Shown: positions 27,375-39,781 of the stretch, piece after piece
Numbering within the stretch: position 1 is the stretch's first letter
Layout of the letters: the number at the start of each line of letters is the position of its first letter
NCBI GenBank assembly: GCA_004431415.1
Contig: QPMI01000627.1
Span: 151,077 to 215,076 of the forward strand
Origin: Cyanophora paradoxa CCMP329
Lineage: Eukaryota > Plantae > Glaucophyta
Length of the DNA: 64,000 bases
Direction: 5' to 3'
Translations under genes and position numbers: made by a program
The notes under the pieces: model-generated
What the model saw: the letters and a program-made list of their open reading frames with translations, nothing else
Database searches by the model: none
What the model was told of the DNA's origin: nothing

Positions 27375-27659
27375 TCGGAGAGACGGCGGCGGGCTGCGGG
27401 CGGCCCTGGGGAGGGGTGCGGCGCGGGCCCGGCGGCAGGCGTCGGCGGCGGCGCGCGCCGAGGCGACGCGCGGGTGGTCGGGGGGGAAGATCGCCGGGAA
27501 TTTCGCGTACTCCTGCGGGAACACCGGCGCAGCCGCAGTCAGCAGGCGTTCGGATGGGGATTCTGAGCCTCGGAGCCCGGCTGTGGATATCTAGATGCTA
27601 TATGTGGCTATCGAGCCTCGGAGCCCGGCTATGTCTTTAGACTCTGAGATCTAGAGGCA

Positions 27660-27702
<43 letters not shown>

Positions 27703-30700
27703 CTAGGTTGCAATCTGCCAGAACTAACCTACAGAAGAGAGGGCGGCCCGCAGCTAGCGCGAGCCTCTAGATCTAGATCTGCTAACATGTAAACGTAGAG
27801 GAATTTTAAGCTGATGTGCTCTTGGACTCGAAGTGGAGCTGGCAGCGGTGCACAGAGAATTCGAATTCGAGGCGGGGCGGAGGCGCTGCGGCTCCGGGGC
27901 CCCCGGATCCGGAGCGAACTAGTTCAGAGGGCGCACGGCGAGGGCCTCGGCGAGGGCGGCGAGGGCGCGGGGGGCGTCCCCGAAGCGGAGGAGCAGCCGC
28001 CCCAGCGCGTAGAGGAGGTGCGCCAGCACCGCCGTCGACGTCCCGTTGCTGCTCCCCGGCCCGGCCCGGATCCGGAGCCCGTCAGCGCGTCCGCCTCAAG
28101 CTTAAGGTTTTATTTAAATTTGCAACTAGAGCTTCGGTTGTTTTTGATGGTACGCTCTCAGTTCAGGGCTATAGCTACAGAAGAGAGTATTTCCAGTTTC
28201 GGCAGTTTCGGTTTTCGGCCTTAGATTGGAGCTACGGATCGGCGCTTGCGCTCTAAGCTTTAATTTGATCCGAGGGAGCCGCACCTCCATTCGACGAGGC
28301 GGTGGAGGGCGATTGCCGCGCGGAGGCCGCGTGCCAGCGCCGCCCCGCCCCGCGCCCTGCGCGGGGGCGGCCGGCCGGCCGGCCGGTCAGAGGGGGCGGA
28401 GGGGGGCGGCGCGCCCGGAACCGCGCGCGTCCAAATTTGAATTTCCGAATCGGAAGCGCGGGCATCGACGCACCCCCCGCAGAGGGGCATCCCGCAGCTC
28501 GCGACGAAGTCCGCCTCGGGCCTGCGTGACTCACGGCGTGACTCACGGCGTGACTCACGCGGGCCGCAAGCCGAAGTGCGCGGAGGGCGGGGGCGGGGGC
28601 GCACAGGCGGTTGATCTCGGCGGCGGGGGCGCAGGCGAGCGCCTCCCGGTAGTCCCTCACCACGCGCGAGAAGCGGCCTGCACGCCCGTCAGCGCAGAGC
28701 GGGCGGGGCGGGGCGGGGCGGGAGGGGGCCGCGCGGGGCGGAGCGGGGCGGGGCGGGCGGGGCGGGGCGGGGTCGCGCGGGGCGGAGCGGAGCGGGGCGG
28801 GGCGGGCGGGCGGGGCGGGGCCGCGGGGCGGGGCGGGCGGGGCGGGGCGGGCGGGGCGGGCGGGGCGGGGCGGGCGGGGCGGGCGGGGCGGGGCGGGGCG
28901 GGGCGGGCGGGGCGGGGCGGGGGCCGCGGGGCGGGGCGGGGCGGGGCGGGGCAGGGCGGGCCCGGGGCGGGGGGGCTCCTAGATTGCCGGTGCATGCAAG
29001 AGATCTAGATACCCTACACGATATCTAATCCAGCTGTGATGATCTGATAGGATCCATGTATTATGTATTCCGTTTGACCGCGCACCGAGGTGGAGGTTGG
29101 TGAGGGCGCTGAGGAGGGAGGCGCGGAGGCGGAGGCGGGGCCCCGCGGGGTGCCCCGCCGGCACCCGCGCGAGGACAGCGCCCCAGCGCTCCGAGAGCTC
29201 CGCCGCCTCGCGCCAGTCCCCGCGCCGGCACGCGTACAGCGCTGCGGAGGGAGAATCGAAAGTCCACGCGTGCAGTTGAAGGAGCGTCAAAGGGCGGGGG
29301 CGGGGGCGGGGCGGGGCGGGCCGAGGGTGGCGTGGCAGAGGGCGACGTGCGGCGCCTCCTCCTCGTCCTGGTCGAACCAGTACCTGCCGCCCGCCCCGGC
29401 CCACTCGCTCAGCGGCGCCGGCGGGGGGTCGTCGGGTCGGGTGGCGGATCGGATCTAGAGATCTGCCTGGCGCAAGAGACGGCCGCGGGGCGGGGGGGGG
29501 GGGGGGGGGGGGCGGGGCCGCGGGGGCCTCTCGGAGCTTCGTTTTGGGGGGGGAGGAGGGGGCGGGGCGCACATGCGGGGTACGACGTCGGCGGCCTCCT
29601 CGAGGCGCCCGCGGCACACAAGGAACTCCGCCACCGTCCGCAGGATCCTGGGCGGCGGGGGGGGGGGGGGGGGGGGGGGGGGAAATGGATGAGAGGCAGC
29701 TCGGGATAATCTTGTTAGAGGAGGATCTAGACTAGATCTCTAGGCTCTTGATCTAGAGCGAAGCAAGAAAATGAAAGATCTGGAGCTGAGCTGAGCTAGC
29801 GCCGAGCTCAATCTCTCAATTGATCTCTTTCTCTCCCTAGCAGCTCTGTATAGCTAAATAGAAACCCGAGGCTTAAACTACGCCAAGCCAAGTTTAAGCA
29901 GGCCGACTAGAAAGAAAGCATGATCATGAATGAAAGAAGTCGAATGAAGCTCGAGCTTGGGGAAGGGGAAAAGGGGCGGACCGGGACTCGAGGCGGGAGG
30001 GGACGTGGCCGCCGGCGCAGAGGGCCGCCGCCGCGTCGTAAAGCAGCGCGAGCCCCTCGTCGTCCCGCCCCGCCTGCGTGACGTCACGGCAGGCTCGGCG
30101 AGGGCGCGATCGCGAGAGGCGAAAGGACGGATCTAGGCGGGCGAGGGGCGCGGGAGGCCGGCGACGCGTAAGGCCCTCGCGAGGGGTTTGAGGGGCGGAT
30201 CTAGGCGGCCCCTCTTAGATTTCACTAAGCTAGTGAGCTGGGGCTCGAGCTGCTCGCATGGGCACCTGCATGAGGCGGAGGCCGTAGAGGGAGGCGGCCT
30301 TGCCGTAGAGGAAGGGCGCGCGGGCCCCCTCGCGCAGCGGCCCGCATGCCCGCCACGCCGCCCCCGCCAGCTGCGGCCCTCGGCTCGGCCGACCGCGGGC
30401 GGGGCGGTGCGGGGCGGGGCAGACGGCGGCGAGGTCCTCGGGGCGGCAAAGAGAAGATCGCCCGCGACGCTCGGGCTGCGCGGGGCCGACCCGGGTCGAG
30501 GGGCGAGGGGTCAGGGCGCGCGGGGGCCGTGACGCGGCCAGTGCCGAAAGCGCTAGCGCTCGCTAGGCGGGGCGAGCAGGCGGGCGTGCGGGCGGACGGG
30601 GGGCGGGCGGGGGGCGAGTGGGAGGGCGGAGGGCGGGCGAGTGGGCGGGCGGGTGGGCGGGCGAGTGGGCGGGCGGGGGGCGGGCGAGTGGGCGGGCGGG

Positions 30701-33700
30701 GGGGCGAGTGGGCGGGCGAGTGGGCGGCGGGGGGGGGGGGGGGGGGGGGGGCGAGGGGGCGGGTTGTATCCCGACGGGCCGGGGCAAGCGCGGTTTGCGA
30801 GCTCGAGGGCGGAGAGCGGGGGGTGGGGCACCTGTTGGTGGCGAGGGCGGTGCCCAGGCCCACGAGCGCTCGCACGCCGCGTGCAGCTCCGGTCTGCCCG
30901 AAGGCCGATCAGAATCGAAGGCGAAAAGGGAAAGGGCGTCGCCCAAGGGGGAAGGGGGGGGGGGGGGGGGGAAGGCGCACAGGGAGAGGGAAGGGCGCGG
31001 GAGAGGCCCCGGCGGCCGCGGCGACGAGGCCCGCCGCCGCCGCCCGCTCCTCCGCCGCCCCCGCCGCGCCCCGCACAGCCAGCAGGGCCTGGCGGGCAGT
31101 AAGACGGGAAGAAAGAGAGGGGGGAAGGGGGCGCGCCTGGCGCAGGTCCTCGCGGCCCGCGCGGCTGAGAACGAAGCGCGTGTCCAGGAGGGGCAGGGTT
31201 CCTGCGAGGCAAGAGCTCAGAAGATCTAGAGCCCATATGCGGGAAGAGCCGAGGAGGAGGGAGATTTAGCTGAGGTGGATGCCTAAGAAGGAAGGGATTG
31301 AATGCGATAAGAAACTAGAGCAGAGGGAAGAAGCGGATGCTTAAGAAGGAAGAGATTGAATGCGATAAGAAACTAGAGCAGAGGGAAGGAGCGGAGAGTC
31401 TGGCCCAGTAGATCTCACAACGAGCAGAAACTAGAGCGAAGGGAAGAAGCTGAGAGGAGGGGCGGAAACTAGAGCGAAGGGAAGAAGCTGAGAAATCTGA
31501 GAGATCTAGTCCAGTAGATCTCACAGGGAGCAGAGCGAGCGCACCGAGGAGGGCGGCGAGGGCGGCGGGGGAGGCGGGGTCCCCGGCGCGGGCGGCCCCG
31601 AGCGCCGCCCCAAAGGCGGCCTCGGCCGCCGCGCGCTCCTCGGGGCCCCCGCAGGCCGCCGGCGGCACGCGAGCGCTGCGAGGGCCGAGCTCGAGGGGTC
31701 AGCAGCGAAGTAGAGAAAGGCGAGCATCGTCTTGGGGCCTAGGGCGAGGCACCCCGAGGGAAGGACGAGGAGACCCGCCGGTCCGAAGATGCGCCCGGGC
31801 GGGGGCTGCCGCAGTGCGCGCGCGGGGGATCAGATCGGATCGAATCCGATATATCGATCGCGGCTGCTTCGAGCTCCAGAAGGACGCATGCACCGGGTGA
31901 GGGCCGCCGGCCGGGGCCGGGGCCGGTGCCGCGCTGGTCTCCGCGGGCCCCTCCGAAGACGCCGCCGCAGACCCGTTGATGCGGCTGCGGGGCATGAGGA
32001 AGGAAAAGGAAAGGGGGGGGGGGAGTCGGCGGGGGTTACCGCAGGAGCTGTTCTGCGTCGTCGAAGGCGTCGAGGCTTCTGCGGCGGCGGAGGGGCCGGG
32101 GCGCCCCCTCGGGGTCCCCGGGCGACGCGGAGGCCCGAGCCGCCGAGGCCGAAGCGCTAGCCTGAGCCTGAGCCGAGAGGGCTTTTGACTGTGCGAGAAG
32201 TCAGCAAAGAAACACGAACAAGCACGCGCAAAGAAAAGAAATTGAAGCTCAAGAAACGAAAGGAAGAAAGGAAATTGAAGCCCAGAAAAACGAATGAAAG
32301 CAAGAACGACGGTACATGTACAGGAAGGGCTCGGCCCGGGCCGGGTGCGCGATTGGTGTGATCCCAAACCGAAATCAATCGAAGTCACACTGTGACACGT
32401 TGGAAAAAGACAAGGATTTGAAGATATAATTCACCAAGAATCATCGTGAAAGAAACGGAAGGCTCAGATCTTTGGACCAAAGCATCGGGCGTGCACCTGG
32501 TGGAACACGGCCTCGAGGTGCTCGGCCAGGACGGGGTCCATCCAGCCGCAGCCCGCGCCTGCGGAGCCGGCGGCGGCGTGGCCGGGCGGGCGATCGAATG
32601 TCAGGGTGGCACGGAGGAAAGGGAGGACGGGCTCCAGGGGCGAGCTCGAGGGGGGAAGAAGGGGGGGTTACCGTCCGGCTCGTCGGGTTCGTCGCCCCCC
32701 GCCGACGGATCCGCGACCCCGCTCCGAGTTCGGCTGCTGCGAAAGGGCGGAATGGGCTGCGTGAGAGGCTGATCAAGACCGAAACCGCTTCTTAGGCCTC
32801 GATGTAAACGAGCTAGCTATAGAAAGGCTACCGAAAGGAGTTGAAACCTTATATAGATCGCGATCGATATCGGCACAAACGCGAGCTCGACCTCGGCGCT
32901 CGTGAATCTAGAATCGAATCTAGAGCCGAGCTCCAAACAGATCTAATCTAATCTATTTTTTTTAGATCAGATCCAACGTTAACGCACGCGAGCTCGGCGG
33001 ACTGGGCGCCCAGAGAGAGGAGGGCGAGAAGGTCCAGCAGGGGCGCGTCAGGCTCGGGCTCGGGCTCGGGCGAGCCGGCCTCCTTCGGATCCGGATCCAG
33101 TGGGGGCGAGCTGGAGCCGGGGTAGCCGTAGGCGCATGGGGGCGTGGATGCGGGGGAGGAGTTCGAGTGCTCGGAGGGGAGCCCGGGGCGGCGTACGTGT
33201 ACGGCGGCGGGCCCGCCCGCCTCGACCTCCGCCTCAGCCTCGGCCGCGGCCTTTGCCCGGGGCCGCTTGGGGCCAGCGCCGGCGCCACCACCGGCCGCCG
33301 CCTTCGCCCCGCGGCCGAGCCTGGCCGCCGCCGCTGCTGCCGCTGCTGAAGCCCGTGCGGATGATCGGGATGGACGGGGGACCGCCTGGCGCGCGGGAGA
33401 CCGAGGCCTCCCAATCCCGATCTCGACCGGGCGTGCCGCGGCCGGCGCCGGCGCCGGCGCCGGCGCCCGACGCGGGCGCCGAGCCGCGCAGCATCGCGAT
33501 CGCGGTGTGCGTCGCCCGCCTCCGCGAGCGGGTGAAGACCCTGAGGCGGAACTGGTGCAGAGGCTCTCCGCTGTCCGTGTACGCCGCCCGCAGCTCGAAC
33601 CGCGCCCCCTCGTGGTTGTGGCTAGTGCACGCCACGCCGAACGGCAGCTCGCTCATGCCGCTGGGACCGAGCCTCACTTCCGCCTTCTCGGCGGGCGCCC

Positions 33701-35040
33701 GCGCGCTCCGGCACTGCTCCCCGCCCTGCCGCCCCCAGCGCTCGAACTCGGGGCGGGGGAGAGGGGGAAAGAGAGGAACACGAAGCGGGGTACGGCGCGC
33801 ACGTTGACCAGGGCGGCGGCGTCGTAGAGAAGGATCTGATCCCCCAGATCGCCGGCCCCCTCTGCGTTTGCGTACCCGTTCGTTGCAGGCGCGCGCGCGC
33901 GCGTACATCCCGCGGCCGGAGCCGATCGCAGGCCGGGCCCCTCGCACCGTGCCGATCGAAGTAAGAGAGCGACAGGGTCACAGAGGCGCCGACGCGCAGT
34001 GGCGCCGGCGCCCCGTCCCCGAGCCGGATCCTGCACGATCGCGAACACATGAGCCGAATATTAAGTTGAAATCGCAAGTATGGCCATGTTTATCAGTTGA
34101 TCATGGGCACTCTAAGCCTTTTTAAGACTTCCGAAGCGGCCGCGGTCACCGGTATTGCCTCTGGGCGATGAGCTCGACGTTCATGATCATCGATCCCGAA
34201 TCGGGCGAGGTGAGAGGCTGCCACGCGCCCTCGTTGTCGTGGTCGACGCGCTCCTGCCGGGCAGGGCGCGTCAGCTGCGCCGGGCCCGAAGCGCCGGCGA
34301 TGCTCATGACAGCGCGGCCCGCGCGCGTGCGCCGGCCGCTCACCCACATGCCCTGCGAGAGCGCGTGTCAGGGGCGTATACGTATACGTAGATCGATGGG
34401 CGGAGGGGGAGGATGGGGCGGCCGCGGGGCATGCGCAGGGGACAGGGCGGGGCTGACCCCGCGTTCGTCCACCACGATGAGCGGGGCGGGGTCGGACGGG
34501 GAGAGGGAGTCTTCGTGCCTCGCCAGGCCCTTCTCAACGGCCTCGGAGCTCCCGAGCTCCGCCTTGAGCCTGCGCGCGAGCGCGCGCAGCGACCGAATGG
34601 CGTGACCATGTGACCACGGCCAAGATCTAGACATCGATGGGGCGTGATTATGAGGCGGGTTTTGAAGCGCGTTCGCACCCCGACATCTCGATGCGCGCGA
34701 CTCTGCGGTAGAGAATGAGGCCGCGGCTCCAGGGCCCCTCCACGGCCGCGGCGCTTGAGCCACTCGAGCCCGCAACCGGCGCCGACTGTACATGTGCCGC
34801 GGCCGCGGGGGGCACCGCTCCCGATCGCGCAGGCGCCGGCCCCGGCCCCGGGCTTAAACAGGCGCTGCCGTCCGCCGATGCCGCGCCCCAGGACGACGAC
34901 GCCGCTTCCCACGGATTGTCGTCGCTGTCATCGAAGTCGCTCCAGCTGCCGCCGCTGCAGCTGCCGCTCGGCGAGCCGAGTTGCCCGTCGGATGTGGGCA
35001 GATGCCTAGGCCTAGCACCACCGCGAGGCGCAGTCGGCAT
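27200..35040 (-). CDS. Large multi-exon hypothetical protein with helical/TPR-like C-terminal part
   Basis: Coding-like exons such as MPTAPRGG..., EVRLGPSGMSELPFGVACTSHNHEGARFELRA, RGDWREAAELSERWG, LLLRFGDAPRALAALAEALAVR and EYAKFPAIFPPDHPRVASAR. Introns are C-rich low complexity. Ends approximate. Confidence 0.45.
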
Positions 35041-35719
35041 GGCCGCGGCGCTCGGCGGGAGGAGAGGTCGGGCCAAAAGCAACATGAGTCGAGATATATA
35101 TGCGTCTTCAGCAGTGCGCGGGCACCGAGAAAACTGAACCGCGTCTGTGTGCACGGGCCGGGGACGACGAAGTTAACGTTACCGATACAGATGGGCCCCG
35201 GCCACGTGCACCGGCGCCGCGGCCCGCACGCGCGCGGAGGCTCGATCAGATCTAGAGTGCGCGCACCAATTTGCAATTGGCAACCGTGGAACAGCCTGGC
35301 AGGTTCCAAAGTTCGAGCTTAACGTCAGCTTAGTAAGGCCGACTCGCCGCGCGCTCAGATATATCTACACGATCAGCCCATGGCCAGCCTGGCAGCTGCA
35401 GCTTCAAAAGGCTTCAAGGCTTTGGCCGATCGTCGCCGAGCCTCGGAGTCGGATTATGCTCATGCCATGATGAGCGCGCGCCGCCGCGCGCTGCAGCTGC
35501 CGCAGTGCGCTAATACGAATGTGCCTTCCGAAGTGCCTTGCCAAGTTGGCCCTTGGGCCTTGGGTCTTGCCAGCTGCAGCGAGCTACCGTACCACGCGTA
35601 CGGCGTAGTACTACGGTAGTACTAGAACGGTAGTACCACGGTCTATAGGCTATCTATAGCTACACCTCTGATGACTCAGCCTGGGCTGCCTGGCAGTAGT
35701 GCACTACGTATACGCACTA

Positions 35720-35987
35720 CCGTAAAACAGTTAATTAATGCGCCCGATAATAATGCGTTTTTGGACCGGGACCCCTCGTGTGGGAAATAATATGTTTAAT
35801 GCGGCCCCAATTTGCAAATTAATGCGTTTTGGATCGAGCTTTCTGCCTGCGTTAGGGGGGTACATACCGCAGTTTTCTTAGCATTTCGACATTAATGCGC
35901 CCCCCAATCAATGCGTTTTGCCAAAAGAAAACGCATTAATTAGGGGGCGCATTAATTAAGTGTGCGCATTACTTAAGTGTTGTACGG
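35720..35987. mobile_element. 268-bp Tc1/mariner (pogo-like) MITE, TA target duplication
   Basis: TA|CCGTAAAACAGTTAA...TTAAGTGTTGTACGG|TA; internal TAATGCG repeats; an inverted second copy lies at 37778/37911-38182. Confidence 0.85.
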
Positions 35988-37405
35988 TAGTTGAGCACTG
36001 AGCAGTGAGCAGTGAGCACTGAGCACTGACTGCATGAGAGTCACTGAGTCAGTGACTGCACTCAGTGACGTCGCGTCGAGACTGCGGCAGCGCTGGCCCA
36101 TGGAGGCTCACTGAGTCAGCGGCTGGACGTCGACGCCGCTGGAGCGGCTGGACTCGCGATCGCGGGAGTCGCGGCGCTGCGGCTAGGGTTGCGCTTTACT
36201 TTTAACGGTAATTGCACGTAACGCCGCGGTTACGCCGCGGTATACGTTAGTATAATACGTACTACGGTATACCGTATACGTACTGCGGTGGTAATTCGAT
36301 AGACGATGAAGTAAACGACGAACGCGCCGGCCGGCTCTATCAAAGATTCATAGTCCGGCTACTGGCGCTAGCGTTCTTTTTTGCTTATGCTAGCCGGCCG
36401 GCTAGCGCCTAGCGCTAGCAGTCCGCGGCGCCGGGGACTCCGGTCCGCGCCGATCGATCGACGCTTGCGATCGGCCGGCCCGGCGCCGGCGGGATTCGGT
36501 AAGTCGACGGTAACGACGGTAACTAATGCAACAATCATTGAACAATCACATCACGTGCACACTTCATTATAAAGCTTCATTGTAACAATTTTTCCACAGA
36601 ATATTCTAATTTAAAGCTTTTTGTTTTTTGTGAATTACCGGCCACAGCCTCTAGTGTAAAGCAATGCATGCGCATGCATACGAACATATATATATGCGCG
36701 TACAGAACATAATAATACTGAACATATATACAACAAAAACACGCGATTTCTCAAAGTATATAATAAACGCGTATATAATAAGTTTATATATTGAAATCGA
36801 TCGAAATTGGATTTACCGAATCAGTGCTAGATGTCGGGATCTTCATATGAGTTTGCGTTGCCATCTTGGCTCACGAATACCAATCACCGCACACCGAAAA
36901 TGTTTTTGCGTGACATGATCCGAACGGCCGTTTCGAAGCCGAATCGAAGGCGATCGCTCCGCGAAGCCTGCGCGGCGAAGGACTTGCCAAAGTTGCGAGA
37001 AGTACCGAAGTACGATTCTGTACGAAGTTTCAGTTTTAATAATGACTCACTCAGTGACTACAGTGAGTGGGGGTACGTAGTCTTTTATGCTTATACACGA
37101 CCGAAACTTGAAAACGACCTAAATCTCGCTGAGCTTCCAGCTGCAGGCACTACGTGCACGTGCCTGATCATGAACTGTTCCACGGGCTTTCAAAATGTTA
37201 AGAGCCTAATAAGAGGTCATTTGCAAGTTAAAACTGCAACGCAGGCATTGTCAGAATCGCGGTGCTTCTCGGCGCTGCACATGTACACCCTTCGCGCGCG
37301 CCGCGCCGCGGCGGCCTGGGGCAAGCTTGATCTCGCGACTCGGCGATCACAAGCCTGCCGCAGGCAGTGCATCTGGCAACGTCGCTATAGCTAAGTACCC
37401 CCACG

Positions 37406-37406
<1 letters not shown>

Positions 37407-37487
<81 letters not shown>
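37407..37487. repeat. (TA)n microsatellite (another at ~27662-27699)
   Basis: Direct reading of the sequence. Confidence 0.95.
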
Positions 37488-37490
<3 letters not shown>

Positions 37491-37777
37491 AAATTGCTAG
37501 CTATATATATAGGTGGCGGCTGGCTCTTTAATAAATGTTTGGATAAAAATCGCAATCTACCGGTTAATAAAAATTGAGTTGAGTTTTAAATCAATTAATT
37601 AAAGCTAGTACCGTAGTACGTATATACTCCAACGTTTTTCTAGATATAAAATGTCCCCTTTACCACAAAATTGGCGCCGGATACCGTGTATACCGTACGT
37701 ATTACCGTGTGACACTTAAGTAATGCGCGCAGTTACTAGTTAAGTAATGCGGCCCCAAATAAATGCGTTTTCCCCTA

Positions 37778-38182
37778 CCGTAGAACACTTTTTTTTTTTA
37801 AAGATCTACGGTGGGCGTGCCCACTCGTAGTACACAACGAGGATACAAGTCACGGTATCGGGAATCACAGGGATTCGAAGTACAACGTAGCGGAAACAGC
37901 AGGAACCGTACCGTAGAACACTGAAGTAATGCGCACACTTAATTAATGCGCCCCCTAATTAATGCGCTTTTTGCTGGCAAAACGCATTGATTGGGGGGCG
38001 CATTAATGTCGAAATGCTAAGAAAACTGCGGTATGTACCCCCCCAACGCAGGCAGAAAGCTCGAATTAAAACGCATTTATTTGCAAATTGGGGCCGGCCG
38101 CATTAAAAATATTATTTCCCACACGAGGGGTCCCGGTCCAAAAACGCATTAATATCGGGCGCATTAATTAAGTGTTTTACGG
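37778..38182. mobile_element. Second copy of the CCGTA MITE (inverted), interrupted by a retroposed insert and nested in an older related MITE starting ~37705
   Basis: 37911-38182 is the reverse complement of 35720-35987 with a few differences; it ends TACGG|TA. Confidence 0.8.
37790..37908 (-). mobile_element. ~119-bp poly(A)-tailed retroposed fragment (SINE or 5'-truncated LINE) with 14-bp TSD
   Basis: TACCGTAGAACACT at 37776-37789 and 37909-37922; poly(T) at the left edge followed by the hairpin CTACGGTGGGCGTGCCCACTCGTAG. Confidence 0.7.
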
Positions 38183-38369
38183 TAGGGCCGGCCTGTCAAA
38201 ACGCATTAATTTGGGACCGCATTCATATTAATATCGGGAGCGCGCCGGGAGCGTAGAGTACGACGCGCCGGGTAGCGGCGACCGCTGGGCCCCCGCAGAC
38301 TCCGGCGCAGAGACCTCGGAGCGCATCGGAAACACGCCCCGTCCAGCCGCAGCGCCCCGGAGGGCCGAA

Positions 38370-38800
38370 ATGGCCATCCCACGTATCGGCGCCCCCGCGG
38401 CGGCCCCGAGCCGTCCGCGGGCCCTTAAACTGGCATCTTTTAGCGTTTGCATCAGTCGCAGACCCGCCCGCCTTGCCTGGCTTGCTTCGTTCCTCCGCGA
38501 ATCTGACCCCGATGTCCTGGCAGTCCTCGATCATCGGTGGTACGATCCGCAGACATCGAAACAAGACGGAATCGTCGCTGTTTCGACAGCCTTCGCCGCC
38601 GCTCACCGCCTGATTGCCCGCACTGACGTTGGCCGACCCGTGCGCCGGAGGCTACAATCGCGGAGTGGCTTTCCTCCTCCGCAATCAATTCCATGCTACG
38701 GTGTCGTACGCGTAAGAGTCATCGGCGCCCCGAGCGCGGCAGCAGCGCTCGCGCATGCTGTCATTGCCCTAGACCTTATACGCCCCCCGCGCCCCCTCCT
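38370..38800 (+). pseudogene. Decayed APE/EEP-type endonuclease of a non-LTR retrotransposon, 5' part (interrupted by the PLV)
   Basis: LKLASFSV...LASFLRESDPDVLAVLDHRW resembles the EEP N-terminus (lriatwNv...pDilxLQEt); the frame continues after the TSD at 63594. Confidence 0.55.
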
Positions 38801-39658
38801 GCTCGCAGGGTGGTCACCCCCACCAATTGCGCGACCTTCCCGCGACCATTTTCAATAAGCACATTTTCAGCATCACGAATCTCAGTCACAAAATCACAAA
38901 TTCGCACTGAGCCACATTGTATTTTTCAAACATCTAACCCTTCCTTACTGAAACCAATCACGAAACCCTTTCATTCTTCATTTTTCTAATTCCTTACCAT
39001 TCCCAGTAAGCCCTTTAACTTTCCCCCGATCTCTCAGTAAGGACAGTAAGACCCTCATTTTTACGAAATGTTCCCGATCGTTTCCGGACTGTTTTCAGTT
39101 ACCCAAATTGAAAAATCAAGGTGAGCCCCACCAATTAAACAAGTGATCCCCACTTAAAGACTTCCAGTTAATATACTGTAACAATGGCAAGCAATCAAGT
39201 AAATCTACCTGAGACTAAGCGGTGCAATGTTTGCGATAAGGTAAAACCGGCATCGAGTTATGCATTGCAAAAGCGTAGCTCAGGGAATGTACTTTTGAAT
39301 TGGAGGTGCAAAGTTTGCGACCGAGACTATCACAATTACCTTTATCATTTCGTGTTAAAAACGCGTCCGAAGATCGAAGTACAATCGAAGATATGCTCGC
39401 ACTGCAAGATTGAGAAGCTTGCAAGTGAGTTTAATAAAAGACAAAGAACGAAGGATGGTCTCAACTATCAATGCCGAGAGTGTTATAGCAAAACTCGTAA
39501 GAGTTAAACCGAATTTCATTTTATATTTTTTAAAGCGAGTATGTGCATGAGCAAGCATGCCGAAAATGCCCACCTGCACAAACTCGCGACTTCAATCGAA
39601 ATGTTCCATTTAATGCACTGGAACCACTCGCGCCCCGCCCACTATGCAAGATACATGC
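38801..39658 (+). repeat. Left terminal inverted repeat
   Basis: Starts GCTCGCAGGGTGGTCAC; reverse complement of 62729-63587 except three 1-nt homopolymer differences and one 4-nt indel. Confidence 0.97.
39184..39507 (+). CDS. TIR-encoded double zinc-finger (CxxC...CxxC x2) protein
   Basis: KRCNVCDKVK...WRCKVC and KICSHCKIEK...DGLNYQCREC, a Zn-ribbon repeat typical of viral HNH-associated domains. Confidence 0.75.
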   Translation: MASNQVNLPETKRCNVCDKVKPASSYALQKRSSGNVLLNWRCKVCDRDYHNYLYHFVLKTRPKIEVQSKICSHCKIEKLASEFNKRQRTKDGLNYQCRECYSKTRKS

Positions 39659-39781
39659 CTTTCTTATGCATGATCTATGAAAAATAACAATAAACCCAGT
39701 CGTCAGACAAGCTGCCTTGGCTGCGCCTCTCTCATTCTTCGAATTCTTTACATAGGAGCACTCACAGGAATTTCGCTTGCC

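Noticed and set aside
28695-28975. G-rich (GGGCG)n tract and the long Gly/Arg/Pro ORFs over it (also ~8290-8780 and ~30590-30760)
   Set aside because: Intronic low complexity; the long ORFs arise from lack of stop codons in GC-rich DNA.
35720-38182. Composite transposon formed by the two inverted MITE copies carrying ORF 36831-37394
   Set aside because: Each MITE has its own TIR pair and TA duplication, and the enclosed ORF shows no transposase motifs.
39104-39111. Mimivirus-type early promoter AAAATTGA in the TIR
   Set aside because: Only an imperfect single match (CAAATTGA) that is not repeated before other genes.
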